Shown here in pieces: positions 44,319-52,681 of a stretch of 57,759 bases of DNA. Made by a program: the position numbers and the translations under genes. Source of the DNA: an uncultured Oscillospiraceae bacterium. GTDB lineage: Bacteria > Bacillota > Clostridia > Oscillospirales > Acutalibacteraceae. Position 1 is the first letter of the stretch, and each line of letters opens with the position of its first letter. The notes below the pieces were generated by a model, which saw only the letters and a program-made list of their open reading frames with translations, was not told the DNA's origin and made no database searches. The stretch lies in the NCBI GenBank assembly GCA_902478455.1, contig CABSLJ010000001.1:1-57759 (forward strand), read 5' to 3'.

Positions 44319-45671
44319 ATGCCGGAGCCGATTATCCCGGAGACCATCACCGTGCATCTGGGGGCGCCTTCCGCCTCTGCGCGCAATGTGGTCGTCCCTT
44401 TTATCGATTACATCAAGAACGTCGCCTCAAGCGAAATTTACCCCACCTGGCCGGAGTCCGCCCTGCGGGCCAATATCCTTGCGCAGATCAGCTTCGCCCT
44501 CAACCGCGTGTACACCGAATGGTACCGCAGTCAGGGCTATGATTTCGATATTACCAACTCCACCCGTTACGACCAGAAGTTCATTGAAAACCGGGACTAT
44601 TTCGATACCGTCTCCCGCATCGTGGACGATATTTTCAACAACTACGTGGTCCGCCAGGGAACCATACAGCCCTATTTCACCCAGTATTGCGACGGCCGCA
44701 ACACCACCTGCGACGGTCTCTCCCAGTGGGGTTCGGTCGATCTTGCGAACCGTGGGCTGGTTCCCTATGAAATCCTGCAGTATTATTACGGCAACGACAT
44801 CAATATTATCACCAACGCGCCCGTTCAGGCCAATGTGCCCTCCTATCCCGGCGTGCCGCTTCGGCTCGGGGATTTCAGCGAGGAGGTGCGCACCATTCAG
44901 CGCCAGCTCAACCGCATTGCGCTCAACTATCCGGCCATCCCCAGAATTCCGGAAGAGAACGGCTTTTTCGGGCCCCAGACCGAGGCGGCTGTGCGCAAAT
45001 TTCAGCAGCTGTTCGACCTGACGGTCGACGGCATCGTCGGCAAGGCCACCTGGTACCGCATCAAATATCTTTACAACGCCGTCAAGGGGCTTTCCGAACT
45101 CCAGTCCGAGGGCATTACCTTTGACGAGGCCAGCCGCATTTTTGAAAGAGAGCTTGAGGAAGGGGACACGGGCGTTCAGGTCCGTCTGATTCAGTATTAC
45201 CTAGCGGTTATCTCCTACTTTGACAATGAAATTCCCCAGGTTGTCATCGACGGGAACTTCGACGGCAACACGGTGGCCGGCGTCCGCGCCTTTCAGAGAA
45301 AATACGGCCTGCCGGAGACCGGCGTCGTCGACCGGCAGACCTGGAATGTCATAACCCGGATTTACAACAGCATTGTGCAGGGCATTTCACCTGAAATTAT
45401 ACCGGGCGCCGATGAAATCTACCCAGGGCGCTTTTTAAGTCTCGGCATGGAAGGGGAGGATATCCGCACCCTCCAGCGCTTTTTACAGGAAGCGCGTTCG
45501 GCCGATCCATCCATCCCCGCAGTGGAAACGACAGGAACCTTCGACCAGGCGACCGACGCCGCCGTTCGTTACATTCAGGCGCAAAACGGCCTGCCGGTCA
45601 ACGGCATTGTGGGACCTTTGACCTGGGACGCCGTTGTCCGCCTTGCGCGCCAGTCGCGCACCGCCGGCTGA
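44319..45671 (+). CDS. peptidoglycan-binding protein (three PG_binding_1 repeats) with a SpoIID/LytB-like N-terminal region (tentative)
   Basis: 450 aa. There are three repeats of the pattern G..V..(I/L)Q..L......DG.FG..T..AV..FQ...GL...G.V. The N-terminal VPFIDYIKNVASSEIYPTWPESALRANILAQISFALNR resembles the SpoIID conserved region. Confidence 0.65.
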   Translation: MPEPIIPETITVHLGAPSASARNVVVPFIDYIKNVASSEIYPTWPESALRANILAQISFALNRVYTEWYRSQGYDFDITNSTRYDQKFIENRDYFDTVSRIVDDIFNNYVVRQGTIQPYFTQYCDGRNTTCDGLSQWGSVDLANRGLVPYEILQYYYGNDINIITNAPVQANVPSYPGVPLRLGDFSEEVRTIQRQLNRIALNYPAIPRIPEENGFFGPQTEAAVRKFQQLFDLTVDGIVGKATWYRIKYLYNAVKGLSELQSEGITFDEASRIFERELEEGDTGVQVRLIQYYLAVISYFDNEIPQVVIDGNFDGNTVAGVRAFQRKYGLPETGVVDRQTWNVITRIYNSIVQGISPEIIPGADEIYPGRFLSLGMEGEDIRTLQRFLQEARSADPSIPAVETTGTFDQATDAAVRYIQAQNGLPVNGIVGPLTWDAVVRLARQSRTAG

Positions 45672-45738
45672 GCGCTTCCCCTGGAAGACAGCGCCGCAGG
45701 ACCTGCGTTCCCACAAAGACCGCATGGACGCCCGTGTC

Positions 45739-45780
45739 AAAAAGCCCGCCGCTGCTTGACTTGCAGCGGCGGGCTTTTTG
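45739..45780. terminator. bidirectional intrinsic terminator
   Basis: AAAAAGCCCGCCGCTGC-TTGACTT-GCAGCGGCGGGCTTTTT lies between convergent genes. Confidence 0.85.
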
Positions 45781-45876
45781 ATGCGGGGAGGGGGACAGGG
45801 ATATCTTTCCCCACTTTCGGAGAGTCGTTTGGAATCTTCCAAAGTGGGAGGTACCGGAACGCTTCCACGAAACAGC

Positions 45877-46221
45877 CTAGCGCACCGGCTCATAGTCGAT
45901 GTGAGATTCCTCGTCGGTCGCCTCCAGCTTGAAGATGACCGGCCGCAATCCGTCGTTGCAGCTGCAGATGGCCACACCCGGCACGCGGATCCAGTCTCCG
46001 TAATAGAAGAGATCGTTGCCCGCACCGTGCGCCAAGGCAAAAACATATTGATAGATCGCCTTCCACGCCTCGTCGCATAACCCGTCCGGTTTGGCATAGT
46101 CGGCATAAAACACCTGGCCTTCCCGCAGCATGGGGCAGGCCTTCAGCCCTTTTGCGCCGTAAACCGCCGCGAGCTCTTCATCGAGCGTGGTTTTCAGCAC
46201 CGTGATTTTCACCTTATTCAT
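45877..46221 (-). CDS. TIGR04076-like small Cys-containing protein
   Basis: 114 aa. The pattern CPMLREGQVF...PDGLCDEAWKAIYQYVFAL..GA...W....V.ICSCNDGLRPVIFKL matches my recollection of the TIGR04076 family. Confidence 0.55.
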   Translation of the reverse strand: MNKVKITVLKTTLDEELAAVYGAKGLKACPMLREGQVFYADYAKPDGLCDEAWKAIYQYVFALAHGAGNDLFYYGDWIRVPGVAICSCNDGLRPVIFKLEATDEESHIDYEPVR

Positions 46222-46985
46222 CGTTCAGACTCCTTTCCGGTTTTTTGCGGAATCCCTGTACCAGGGAATTTCTTTCTCTTGTGATTGGAAGAAAAGGCAC
46301 GGCGAGTGCGCTGCCGCGCCGCCTGGACTGTCTTGTCGGAATTCGCGCCCCTGGCGGTCTTTCGTTTGGCGAACATGCCGATACCCACCAGCAAAAAGAC
46401 CATGCTGAGCGCTGCGCCGAAGAGGGCGCTGCTGCTTACCGCGTAAGGGGAACCCTGATGCGTCAGCAGGGTGCACTGGGTAACCACGATGGACACCATC
46501 GCGTCGGCGAAGCTGACGATCTTCAGCGCCAGGATGATAGGGCTTTTCATGCGCCGGGTGACCACCGTGCCGTAAATGGCAAAACCGAGCTTGATAAAGG
46601 AGATAAACGCCACCAGATAGACGATATATCCCCGGTAAACGGTCGAATCACCATCCACATACATCTTCAGGCAGATGAAAAAGTATGCCACACCCATCAG
46701 GGACAAAAACAGACCGGTGTATCGGAAGACGCCGAATTCCCTATCGTATCTTTCCGTTGCGTCCCGCATTTTGACTGCGTATGCATACTGCCTCAAAAAG
46801 AAAAGGCGCGCACAGCACAGCAACAGATAATAAAAGGCGTTCATAATAAACCACAGCGAGAAAAGAGAGAATCCCAACAGCAGCTTGCCCACGCCGATAA
46901 GAGCGTTGGTCGTCAGGGACGCCTTTGTAATCGCCAGGGTCCTGTCGGTGTAATTTCCCAGCCGGTCCCGGAAGGGCGCTTGCAT
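46218..46985 (-). CDS. integral membrane protein of unknown function
   Basis: The start MQAPFRD (46985) follows AAGGGGAG. It has about 6 TM segments. Its stop overlaps the start of the downstream TIGR04076-like gene (ATGA-type coupling). Confidence 0.6.
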   Translation of the reverse strand: MQAPFRDRLGNYTDRTLAITKASLTTNALIGVGKLLLGFSLFSLWFIMNAFYYLLLCCARLFFLRQYAYAVKMRDATERYDREFGVFRYTGLFLSLMGVAYFFICLKMYVDGDSTVYRGYIVYLVAFISFIKLGFAIYGTVVTRRMKSPIILALKIVSFADAMVSIVVTQCTLLTHQGSPYAVSSSALFGAALSMVFLLVGIGMFAKRKTARGANSDKTVQAARQRTRRAFSSNHKRKKFPGTGIPQKTGKESER

Positions 46986-47046
46986 AGGCGCTCCCCTTTC
47001 TTGTTGATCTTTGCCGCCTTGTGGAGCGGGATGAAAGCGGCTATTC

Positions 47047-49317
47047 TCATCCGTTTGGAAGCGCGGCAGGCTTCCGGGAGGAAAGCCACAGCTCAAATTC
47101 GTCGATCGGCAGCGGCCGGGAAAAGATGTAGCCCTGCACCATATCGCAATGGACGCCGCACAGAAAATCCAGCTGCTCGGGCGTCTCGATGCCCTCGGCT
47201 ACGGTTTTAGCCCCGATTTTTCTGGCCAGCTCCACAATGGACGCCACCACGTCCCGTGTTTTGGGCTGTTCCACGTTTAAGAAGAAACGGCGGTCGAGCT
47301 TGACAACGTCTATGTCGAACTCCATCAAGAGCCCCAGGGAGGAATAGCCCGCGCCGAAATCGTCCAGCGAGCACAAAAAACCCTTGCGGTGCATCTCGCG
47401 CGTCTGTTCTTTTACAAGCTCTATGCTCTGATCGTCAAACAGGATGGATTCGGTCAATTCCAGTTCAATCAGACCGCGCGGAATTCCGTACCGGCCGGCG
47501 ATCTCCTCAAACGGACAAAGACAATCGGGTCGCTTGAAATGCTGGCGGGACAGATTGACGGAAATCGGAAAGACGGCTCTTCCCTCCTCCATCCACCGCC
47601 GGAGCGTTTTGCAGACCTCCTCAAAGATGAACAGATCCAGCTTGCAGATTTTTCCGTTCTTTTCAAACAGGGGAATAAAGTCGGAGGGGAAAATCACTCC
47701 GCGCTCCGGATGATGCCAGCGGACCAGCGCCTCGGCGCCGCCGATTTCTCCGCTTTCCAGCCATACCTTCGGCTGTAGAAACGCCTTGAAATCGCCGTTT
47801 GTCAAAGAGGTTTCAAATAGTTCGTTGAGCTCATATTCCATTTGGAGCTGCTGTGTCAGAGAGGAATCGTAAAAACCGCAGAGCTCTCCCTCCTGGACGG
47901 TGCGGCTGCGGCAGGCGGTCTTGGCCCGGTCCTGGATCAGCGTGATCTCCAGCGACGGATCGTCCACAATATAAACGCCCGCATAGAGGGTCAGGTGGTA
48001 GGGATTCAGACTGCGCGCTTCCTCCGCCATGGCGGAAAGACGCTGTTGAATAACGGCGGGGTCCTTTTCCTGCAGAAGGAGGAAAAAATTGTCCGCGTCG
48101 GCCCGGGCGGCCAGCTCATCGTCACGGATGCTCCGGCGCAGCGCCTGCATCACATTGCGCAGGGTGTTGTCCCCCTCGGCGCTCCCGTAGTTCGCGTTGA
48201 TCAGCTTGAAATTTCTGATGTTCATGAGGGCCACGGCGCAGTTTGAGGGTTTCATCCCCTGCAGCAGCCGTCCGCAGTCGATTTGGAAGGAGGCGTTGTT
48301 CTGCCCGCCGGTCAGTTGGTCCACGAAGGCGATGCGCTCCAGTTCCCTGGAATGACTGCGGTAAAGGTGGTAAAAGGCAAACAGGATGACCGCAAACAGC
48401 AGGATGGTACCGGCAATGATCAAAAAGTTCTGATTGATGTAAAAATCGGTTTCGTGGGAGATCAGATTGGAGGGAACCAGCGTCAGCAGCACCCAATCGT
48501 AGCTCGTCAGCGGATGGTAGGAAAGCACCAGCTCGGTGCCGTCCACCGCGGTAAAGGAGAAGATGCCGCTTTGGCGGTTGTGCATATTCGCCTGCATTTG
48601 CAGGATATTCTCTACCAGTGGACCGCTTTCGTGCTGGGAAAAAATATCGTCCAGCTGCAGGAAGGGGTCAAGATCGGTGGGGGAAATGACGACGTTGCCG
48701 TCAATGTCAATAATGCAGGTGATTCCCTGCCCGGAAAAGCTCTTGGGCTCAATCAGCTTCTGCATGTTTTCCTTGCTACGCACCCCGGCCAGCACGCCGG
48801 CCACCCGTTTTTCCTTGTAAATCGGAATGGAATACAAGATGCTTTCCTTATCCAGAAAGGATACCCCGCTTTGCCCCGCAAAGGAGGAGATGACGCCGGG
48901 CTGACTGAGAAGATCGCCCTCGAAAGGAGTACTGTAACAGCGTCTGCCTTCCTCATCGATCAACACAAGGGAGGTGAAACCGAGTGCTGAGGCCTTGCGG
49001 CTCAGGAAAGACTGCACAGAAGCAATGGTTCTGTCATTGTCCATTCGCTGCAGCGTGTCGGCCAGAATTTCCAGATCCAGAATGTTCTTGGAAAGTCGGT
49101 AGTCCACGTCGTCGGCCAGTTGAAGCGATACGTCGCCCACATAGACCGTTGTCCTCCGGTTGATAGCGTCCCTTAAATTTGAAGCATTCCACAAAATTGC
49201 GGCGGACGCCAGCACAATCAGCACGGCCAGCAGCGCAAGAGACGTTTTGTACGGAAGGGATCGTGTGTGGAGCTTTCCAACGCCGCGCCCTGAAAAAGAT
49301 TTTTCTGCTTTTCTCAT
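47047..49317 (-). CDS. Cache-sensor GGDEF(degenerate)-EAL protein, likely c-di-GMP phosphodiesterase
   Basis: 756 aa. It has an N-terminal TM, an extracytoplasmic Cache-like domain and a second TM. The GGDEF-like domain has RADADNF in place of RxGGDEF. The EAL domain is intact (EALVRW, DDFGAGYSSL, KLDRRF, EGIET, QGYIFSRP). Confidence 0.85.
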   Translation of the reverse strand: MRKAEKSFSGRGVGKLHTRSLPYKTSLALLAVLIVLASAAILWNASNLRDAINRRTTVYVGDVSLQLADDVDYRLSKNILDLEILADTLQRMDNDRTIASVQSFLSRKASALGFTSLVLIDEEGRRCYSTPFEGDLLSQPGVISSFAGQSGVSFLDKESILYSIPIYKEKRVAGVLAGVRSKENMQKLIEPKSFSGQGITCIIDIDGNVVISPTDLDPFLQLDDIFSQHESGPLVENILQMQANMHNRQSGIFSFTAVDGTELVLSYHPLTSYDWVLLTLVPSNLISHETDFYINQNFLIIAGTILLFAVILFAFYHLYRSHSRELERIAFVDQLTGGQNNASFQIDCGRLLQGMKPSNCAVALMNIRNFKLINANYGSAEGDNTLRNVMQALRRSIRDDELAARADADNFFLLLQEKDPAVIQQRLSAMAEEARSLNPYHLTLYAGVYIVDDPSLEITLIQDRAKTACRSRTVQEGELCGFYDSSLTQQLQMEYELNELFETSLTNGDFKAFLQPKVWLESGEIGGAEALVRWHHPERGVIFPSDFIPLFEKNGKICKLDLFIFEEVCKTLRRWMEEGRAVFPISVNLSRQHFKRPDCLCPFEEIAGRYGIPRGLIELELTESILFDDQSIELVKEQTREMHRKGFLCSLDDFGAGYSSLGLLMEFDIDVVKLDRRFFLNVEQPKTRDVVASIVELARKIGAKTVAEGIETPEQLDFLCGVHCDMVQGYIFSRPLPIDEFELWLSSRKPAALPNG

Positions 49318-49548
49318 ACCGGATGTCTCCCAAATCCATGTTCTGCGGGATGGTTTTATCCCTTTGATCTCGCTGAAAAAATCAATTATCCCGCCTTAAA
49401 AGGATGGCGGCTTTGAAAATCTATAGTATTTATCATATTCTAACATAATTTACGCTTCGCGTCGATACAAGTATTGGAATGATACGCTGCTTTTCTGCAA
49501 ATGCAGGCGATTTTCAGCCTCTGTGAATTGTCAGGAAGCTCAGGAAAC

Positions 49549-49599
49549 TTGACAAGGGGAAAAAAGACGAGTATGATAATCGCTGTTGAACGTGTTCAA
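49549..49599 (+). promoter_or_regulatory. promoter and palindromic operator of the TetR-MMPL-GLUG operon
   Basis: TTGACA (49549-49554), 17 nt, TATGAT (49572-49577). The palindrome TTGAACGTGTTCAA lies at 49586-49599. Confidence 0.6.
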
Positions 49600-49626
49600 A
49601 TTCATACAGAAGGCGGGTTGCGGAAT

Positions 49627-50286
49627 ATGGATGATGTGAAGAGCCGCGTGCTGGACGCCGCCAGGACGCTCTTTTTAAAGCAGGGCTACAAAAAGACGAC
49701 CATCCGGCAGATCGTCGAGCATTCGGGGGTGCTCATCGGGAGCATCTACCATTTCTTTGAAAACAAAGAGGATGTTTTCCGCGCCCTTGCTTTGAGCGTC
49801 TATGATCTCAGCGAGCGGTACGCAAGGGAGCGCCTGGCCCGGGAGGCCGGTCCGGTCTACCGGTGCGCCGTCAGTGGAGCGCTTATGCTGAGCGCGGTCG
49901 AGGAGGATGAACGGGTTGCCGAACTGAGCTTTGAGGCCTACAATTCCACCTATATTCTCGGCGGACTGGTGGAGCATATGGCAAGGCGCGCCCAAGAGGT
50001 ATTTTCCCCTTACAATCCCGGCGCTTCTCACCGCGATTTCTGCCGGAGGGCGCTGGCGGTCAGCGGCGTCATGCGCAGCATGATCGCCGTCCGGCTGATG
50101 CCTCCCGCCACCGGGCTTTCCCTTTCACTGGAGGAAAAGATCGACACCTTCCTGGAGGCCGGTCTGTACGCCTACGGCGTACCGTCTGAAGAGATTGAAG
50201 CCATCAAAAGCCGTTTGCGGACGGACGGCGCGCTCTTGCGCGAAGCGACGCGCGACCTCATCGCCGCTTACGCCGCTCCTGTTTGA
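49627..50286 (+). CDS. TetR/AcrR-family transcriptional regulator
   Basis: The start is MDDVKSRVLDAARTLFLKQGYKKTTIRQIVEHSGVLIGSIYHFFENKEDVF, which is the TetR_N HTH. Confidence 0.88.
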   Translation: MDDVKSRVLDAARTLFLKQGYKKTTIRQIVEHSGVLIGSIYHFFENKEDVFRALALSVYDLSERYARERLAREAGPVYRCAVSGALMLSAVEEDERVAELSFEAYNSTYILGGLVEHMARRAQEVFSPYNPGASHRDFCRRALAVSGVMRSMIAVRLMPPATGLSLSLEEKIDTFLEAGLYAYGVPSEEIEAIKSRLRTDGALLREATRDLIAAYAAPV

Positions 50287-50383
50287 GAAGCGCCAGCGCC
50301 GCGTCGAAATCGTCTTTGGCGGGCGCACAAAGGGTCCTCATGCCGCAAAGCGAAGCAACTGTCTGACAATCGGGAGGTAAAGC

Positions 50384-52681
50384 GTGAAAAACAATCCACT
50401 CAAAGCGGTTTCCAAATTCATTGTGGAAAAACGGTTCTTTTTCTTTCTGCTGTTCGGCGCGATGGCGGTGTTCTGCGCCTTGTCCTTTGGGAAAGTGCAG
50501 GTCAACAGCGATATCACCGCCCTCCTGCCGGAAAATACCGATACCCGCCGTGGGCTGAGCATTATGGAGGAGGAGTTTACCACCTTTGCCACGGCGCAGG
50601 TGATGGTCTCCAACGTCACCTATGAGCGCGCCTCGGAGCTCCGGGAGAGGCTGGAACAGGTGGACGCCGTCTCTTCCGTAGCCTTTGACGACACCGCCGA
50701 GCATTACGCCTCTTCCTCCGCGCTGTTTTCCCTCTCCTTTTCCGGCGCCAAAGACGACGAACGGGTCCTCGCCGCCATGGAGGAGGTCAGAAGCCTCCTG
50801 CAGGATTACGATGTCAGCATCTCCTCCTCCATTGGGGAGGATTTCGTCAGTGAGCTGGCGGAGGAGATGGTGACCATTCTGGCCGTGGCGATGGTGGTCA
50901 TCGTCGCCGTGCTTTTATTCACCTCAAAAAGTTATTTTGAGGTCGTCATCCTGCTGATCGTTTTTGCCGTGGCCGCCGTGCTGAATATGGGCACCAACTA
51001 CTGGCTGGGGGAAATCTCCTCCATCACCAACTCCATCGCCGTCATCCTGCAGCTCGCCCTCGCCATCGACTACGCCATCATCTTCTGCCACCGTTTTCAG
51101 GACGAGTTTGAAAGGAACGGTCATGTCAAGACCGCTTTAATCGATGCGCTTTCCTATTCGATCCTTGAGATTTCCTCCTCCAGCCTGACCACCATCTCCG
51201 GCCTGGTCGCCCTGACCCTCATGCAGTTCCGGCTGGGCTACGACCTGGGACTGGTGCTGGCCAAGGGCATCGTATGCAGCCTGCTGACCGTTTTTCTCCT
51301 GATGCCGGGCCTGATCATGCTCTTTAACAAGCCGCTGCTGAAGACCCGTCACAAAAAGCTTGTGCCGGACATCAGCCGCTGGGGCCGCTTTCTGGCGCGG
51401 GGAAAGCTGCCGGTATTCCTGATCCTTTTCGCCGCCGTCATCCCCTTTGCCATCGTGGGTTCCTCCTTGTGCGAGTACGTCTTCGCGGACGCCTCCATCG
51501 ACCGCATCGTTCTTTCGGAATCGGATAAGGTCCGGCAGAAGATTTACAGCACCTTTGACGAAACCAACGCCATCGCCGTGCTTGTTCCCATCGGAGATTA
51601 TGAGAAGGAGGGGGCGCTCATCCGGGAGATCGAAGCGCTGCCGGAGATCAAATCGGCCACGGCCCTCGCCAACATCGAAATCGAGGACGGCAAAATGCTG
51701 ACCGACGGCTACACCGCCCGCTCCTTCTCCGAACTCATCGGCGTGGACGTGGAGACGGCGGAGCTTTTGTACGGACTCTACGGGCTCCAGCATGAGCAGT
51801 ACCAGCCCATCGTCGGAGACCGGGAAGCTTATACCGTGCCGCTGATCGACATGTTTGAATTTCTCTTTGAAAAGGCCGACCAGGGCATGATAAGTCTCGA
51901 CGCTGAAAAGACCGCGATGCTCGAGGACATGAAATCCCTGCTCGACGAGGCCCTCCTTCAGCTGCGGGGTGAGCGCTACGTTCGTATGGCGTGCACCGCC
52001 ACCGTCCCGGTGGAGGGGGAGGAGAGTGTCGCCCTGGTGGATACCATCCGCTCCCTCGCGCAGGAGCAATACGGCGAGGATGTCCTTGTGGTGGGAGACA
52101 TCACCAGCGCCAAGGAGCTGGCCGACTCCTTCAACAACGACAACAAGCTCATCTCCCTTCTGACCATTCTCTTCGTCTTCCTGGTGCTGCTGTTCACCTT
52201 CCGTTCGGCGGGCGCGGCCGTCCTGCTTCTTCTGGTCATCCAGGGCAGCATCTGGATCAATTTTTCCTTCCCTTATCTCAGCGGGACCAACCTCTCCTTT
52301 ATCACCTATCTGATTGTCGACGCCATCCAGATGGGCGCGACCATCGACTACGCCATCGTCCTGTACAATCGCTTTCAGACGCATAAGGCGCACTGTCCGC
52401 CCAAGGAGGCGATGGCCATCGCCGTCAATGAAAGCTTTTCCACCATTCTCACTTCGGGAATCATCATGGCGGCCGCCGGTTTTATCATCGCCTACCTGAC
52501 CACGGACGTTTACATCGGGGCCATCGGCCTGACCATCGGGCGCGGAGCGTCGATCTCCATTCTTCTGGTTCTGACCGTGCTGCCGCAGCTGCTGCTGGCG
52601 GGCAACCGCTTCATGGAAAAAACGACCATTGATTTCAAAAAACTCTTGGGAGGTGGAAAAGATGACCCACAGGACGAGTAA
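50384..52681 (+). CDS. MMPL/RND-superfamily membrane transporter
   Basis: 765 aa. GTG 50384 follows GGGAGG. It has two repeats of a 6-TM bundle, each preceded by a large extracytoplasmic loop (MMPL-like topology). Confidence 0.8.
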   Translation: MKNNPLKAVSKFIVEKRFFFFLLFGAMAVFCALSFGKVQVNSDITALLPENTDTRRGLSIMEEEFTTFATAQVMVSNVTYERASELRERLEQVDAVSSVAFDDTAEHYASSSALFSLSFSGAKDDERVLAAMEEVRSLLQDYDVSISSSIGEDFVSELAEEMVTILAVAMVVIVAVLLFTSKSYFEVVILLIVFAVAAVLNMGTNYWLGEISSITNSIAVILQLALAIDYAIIFCHRFQDEFERNGHVKTALIDALSYSILEISSSSLTTISGLVALTLMQFRLGYDLGLVLAKGIVCSLLTVFLLMPGLIMLFNKPLLKTRHKKLVPDISRWGRFLARGKLPVFLILFAAVIPFAIVGSSLCEYVFADASIDRIVLSESDKVRQKIYSTFDETNAIAVLVPIGDYEKEGALIREIEALPEIKSATALANIEIEDGKMLTDGYTARSFSELIGVDVETAELLYGLYGLQHEQYQPIVGDREAYTVPLIDMFEFLFEKADQGMISLDAEKTAMLEDMKSLLDEALLQLRGERYVRMACTATVPVEGEESVALVDTIRSLAQEQYGEDVLVVGDITSAKELADSFNNDNKLISLLTILFVFLVLLFTFRSAGAAVLLLLVIQGSIWINFSFPYLSGTNLSFITYLIVDAIQMGATIDYAIVLYNRFQTHKAHCPPKEAMAIAVNESFSTILTSGIIMAAAGFIIAYLTTDVYIGAIGLTIGRGASISILLVLTVLPQLLLAGNRFMEKTTIDFKKLLGGGKDDPQDE

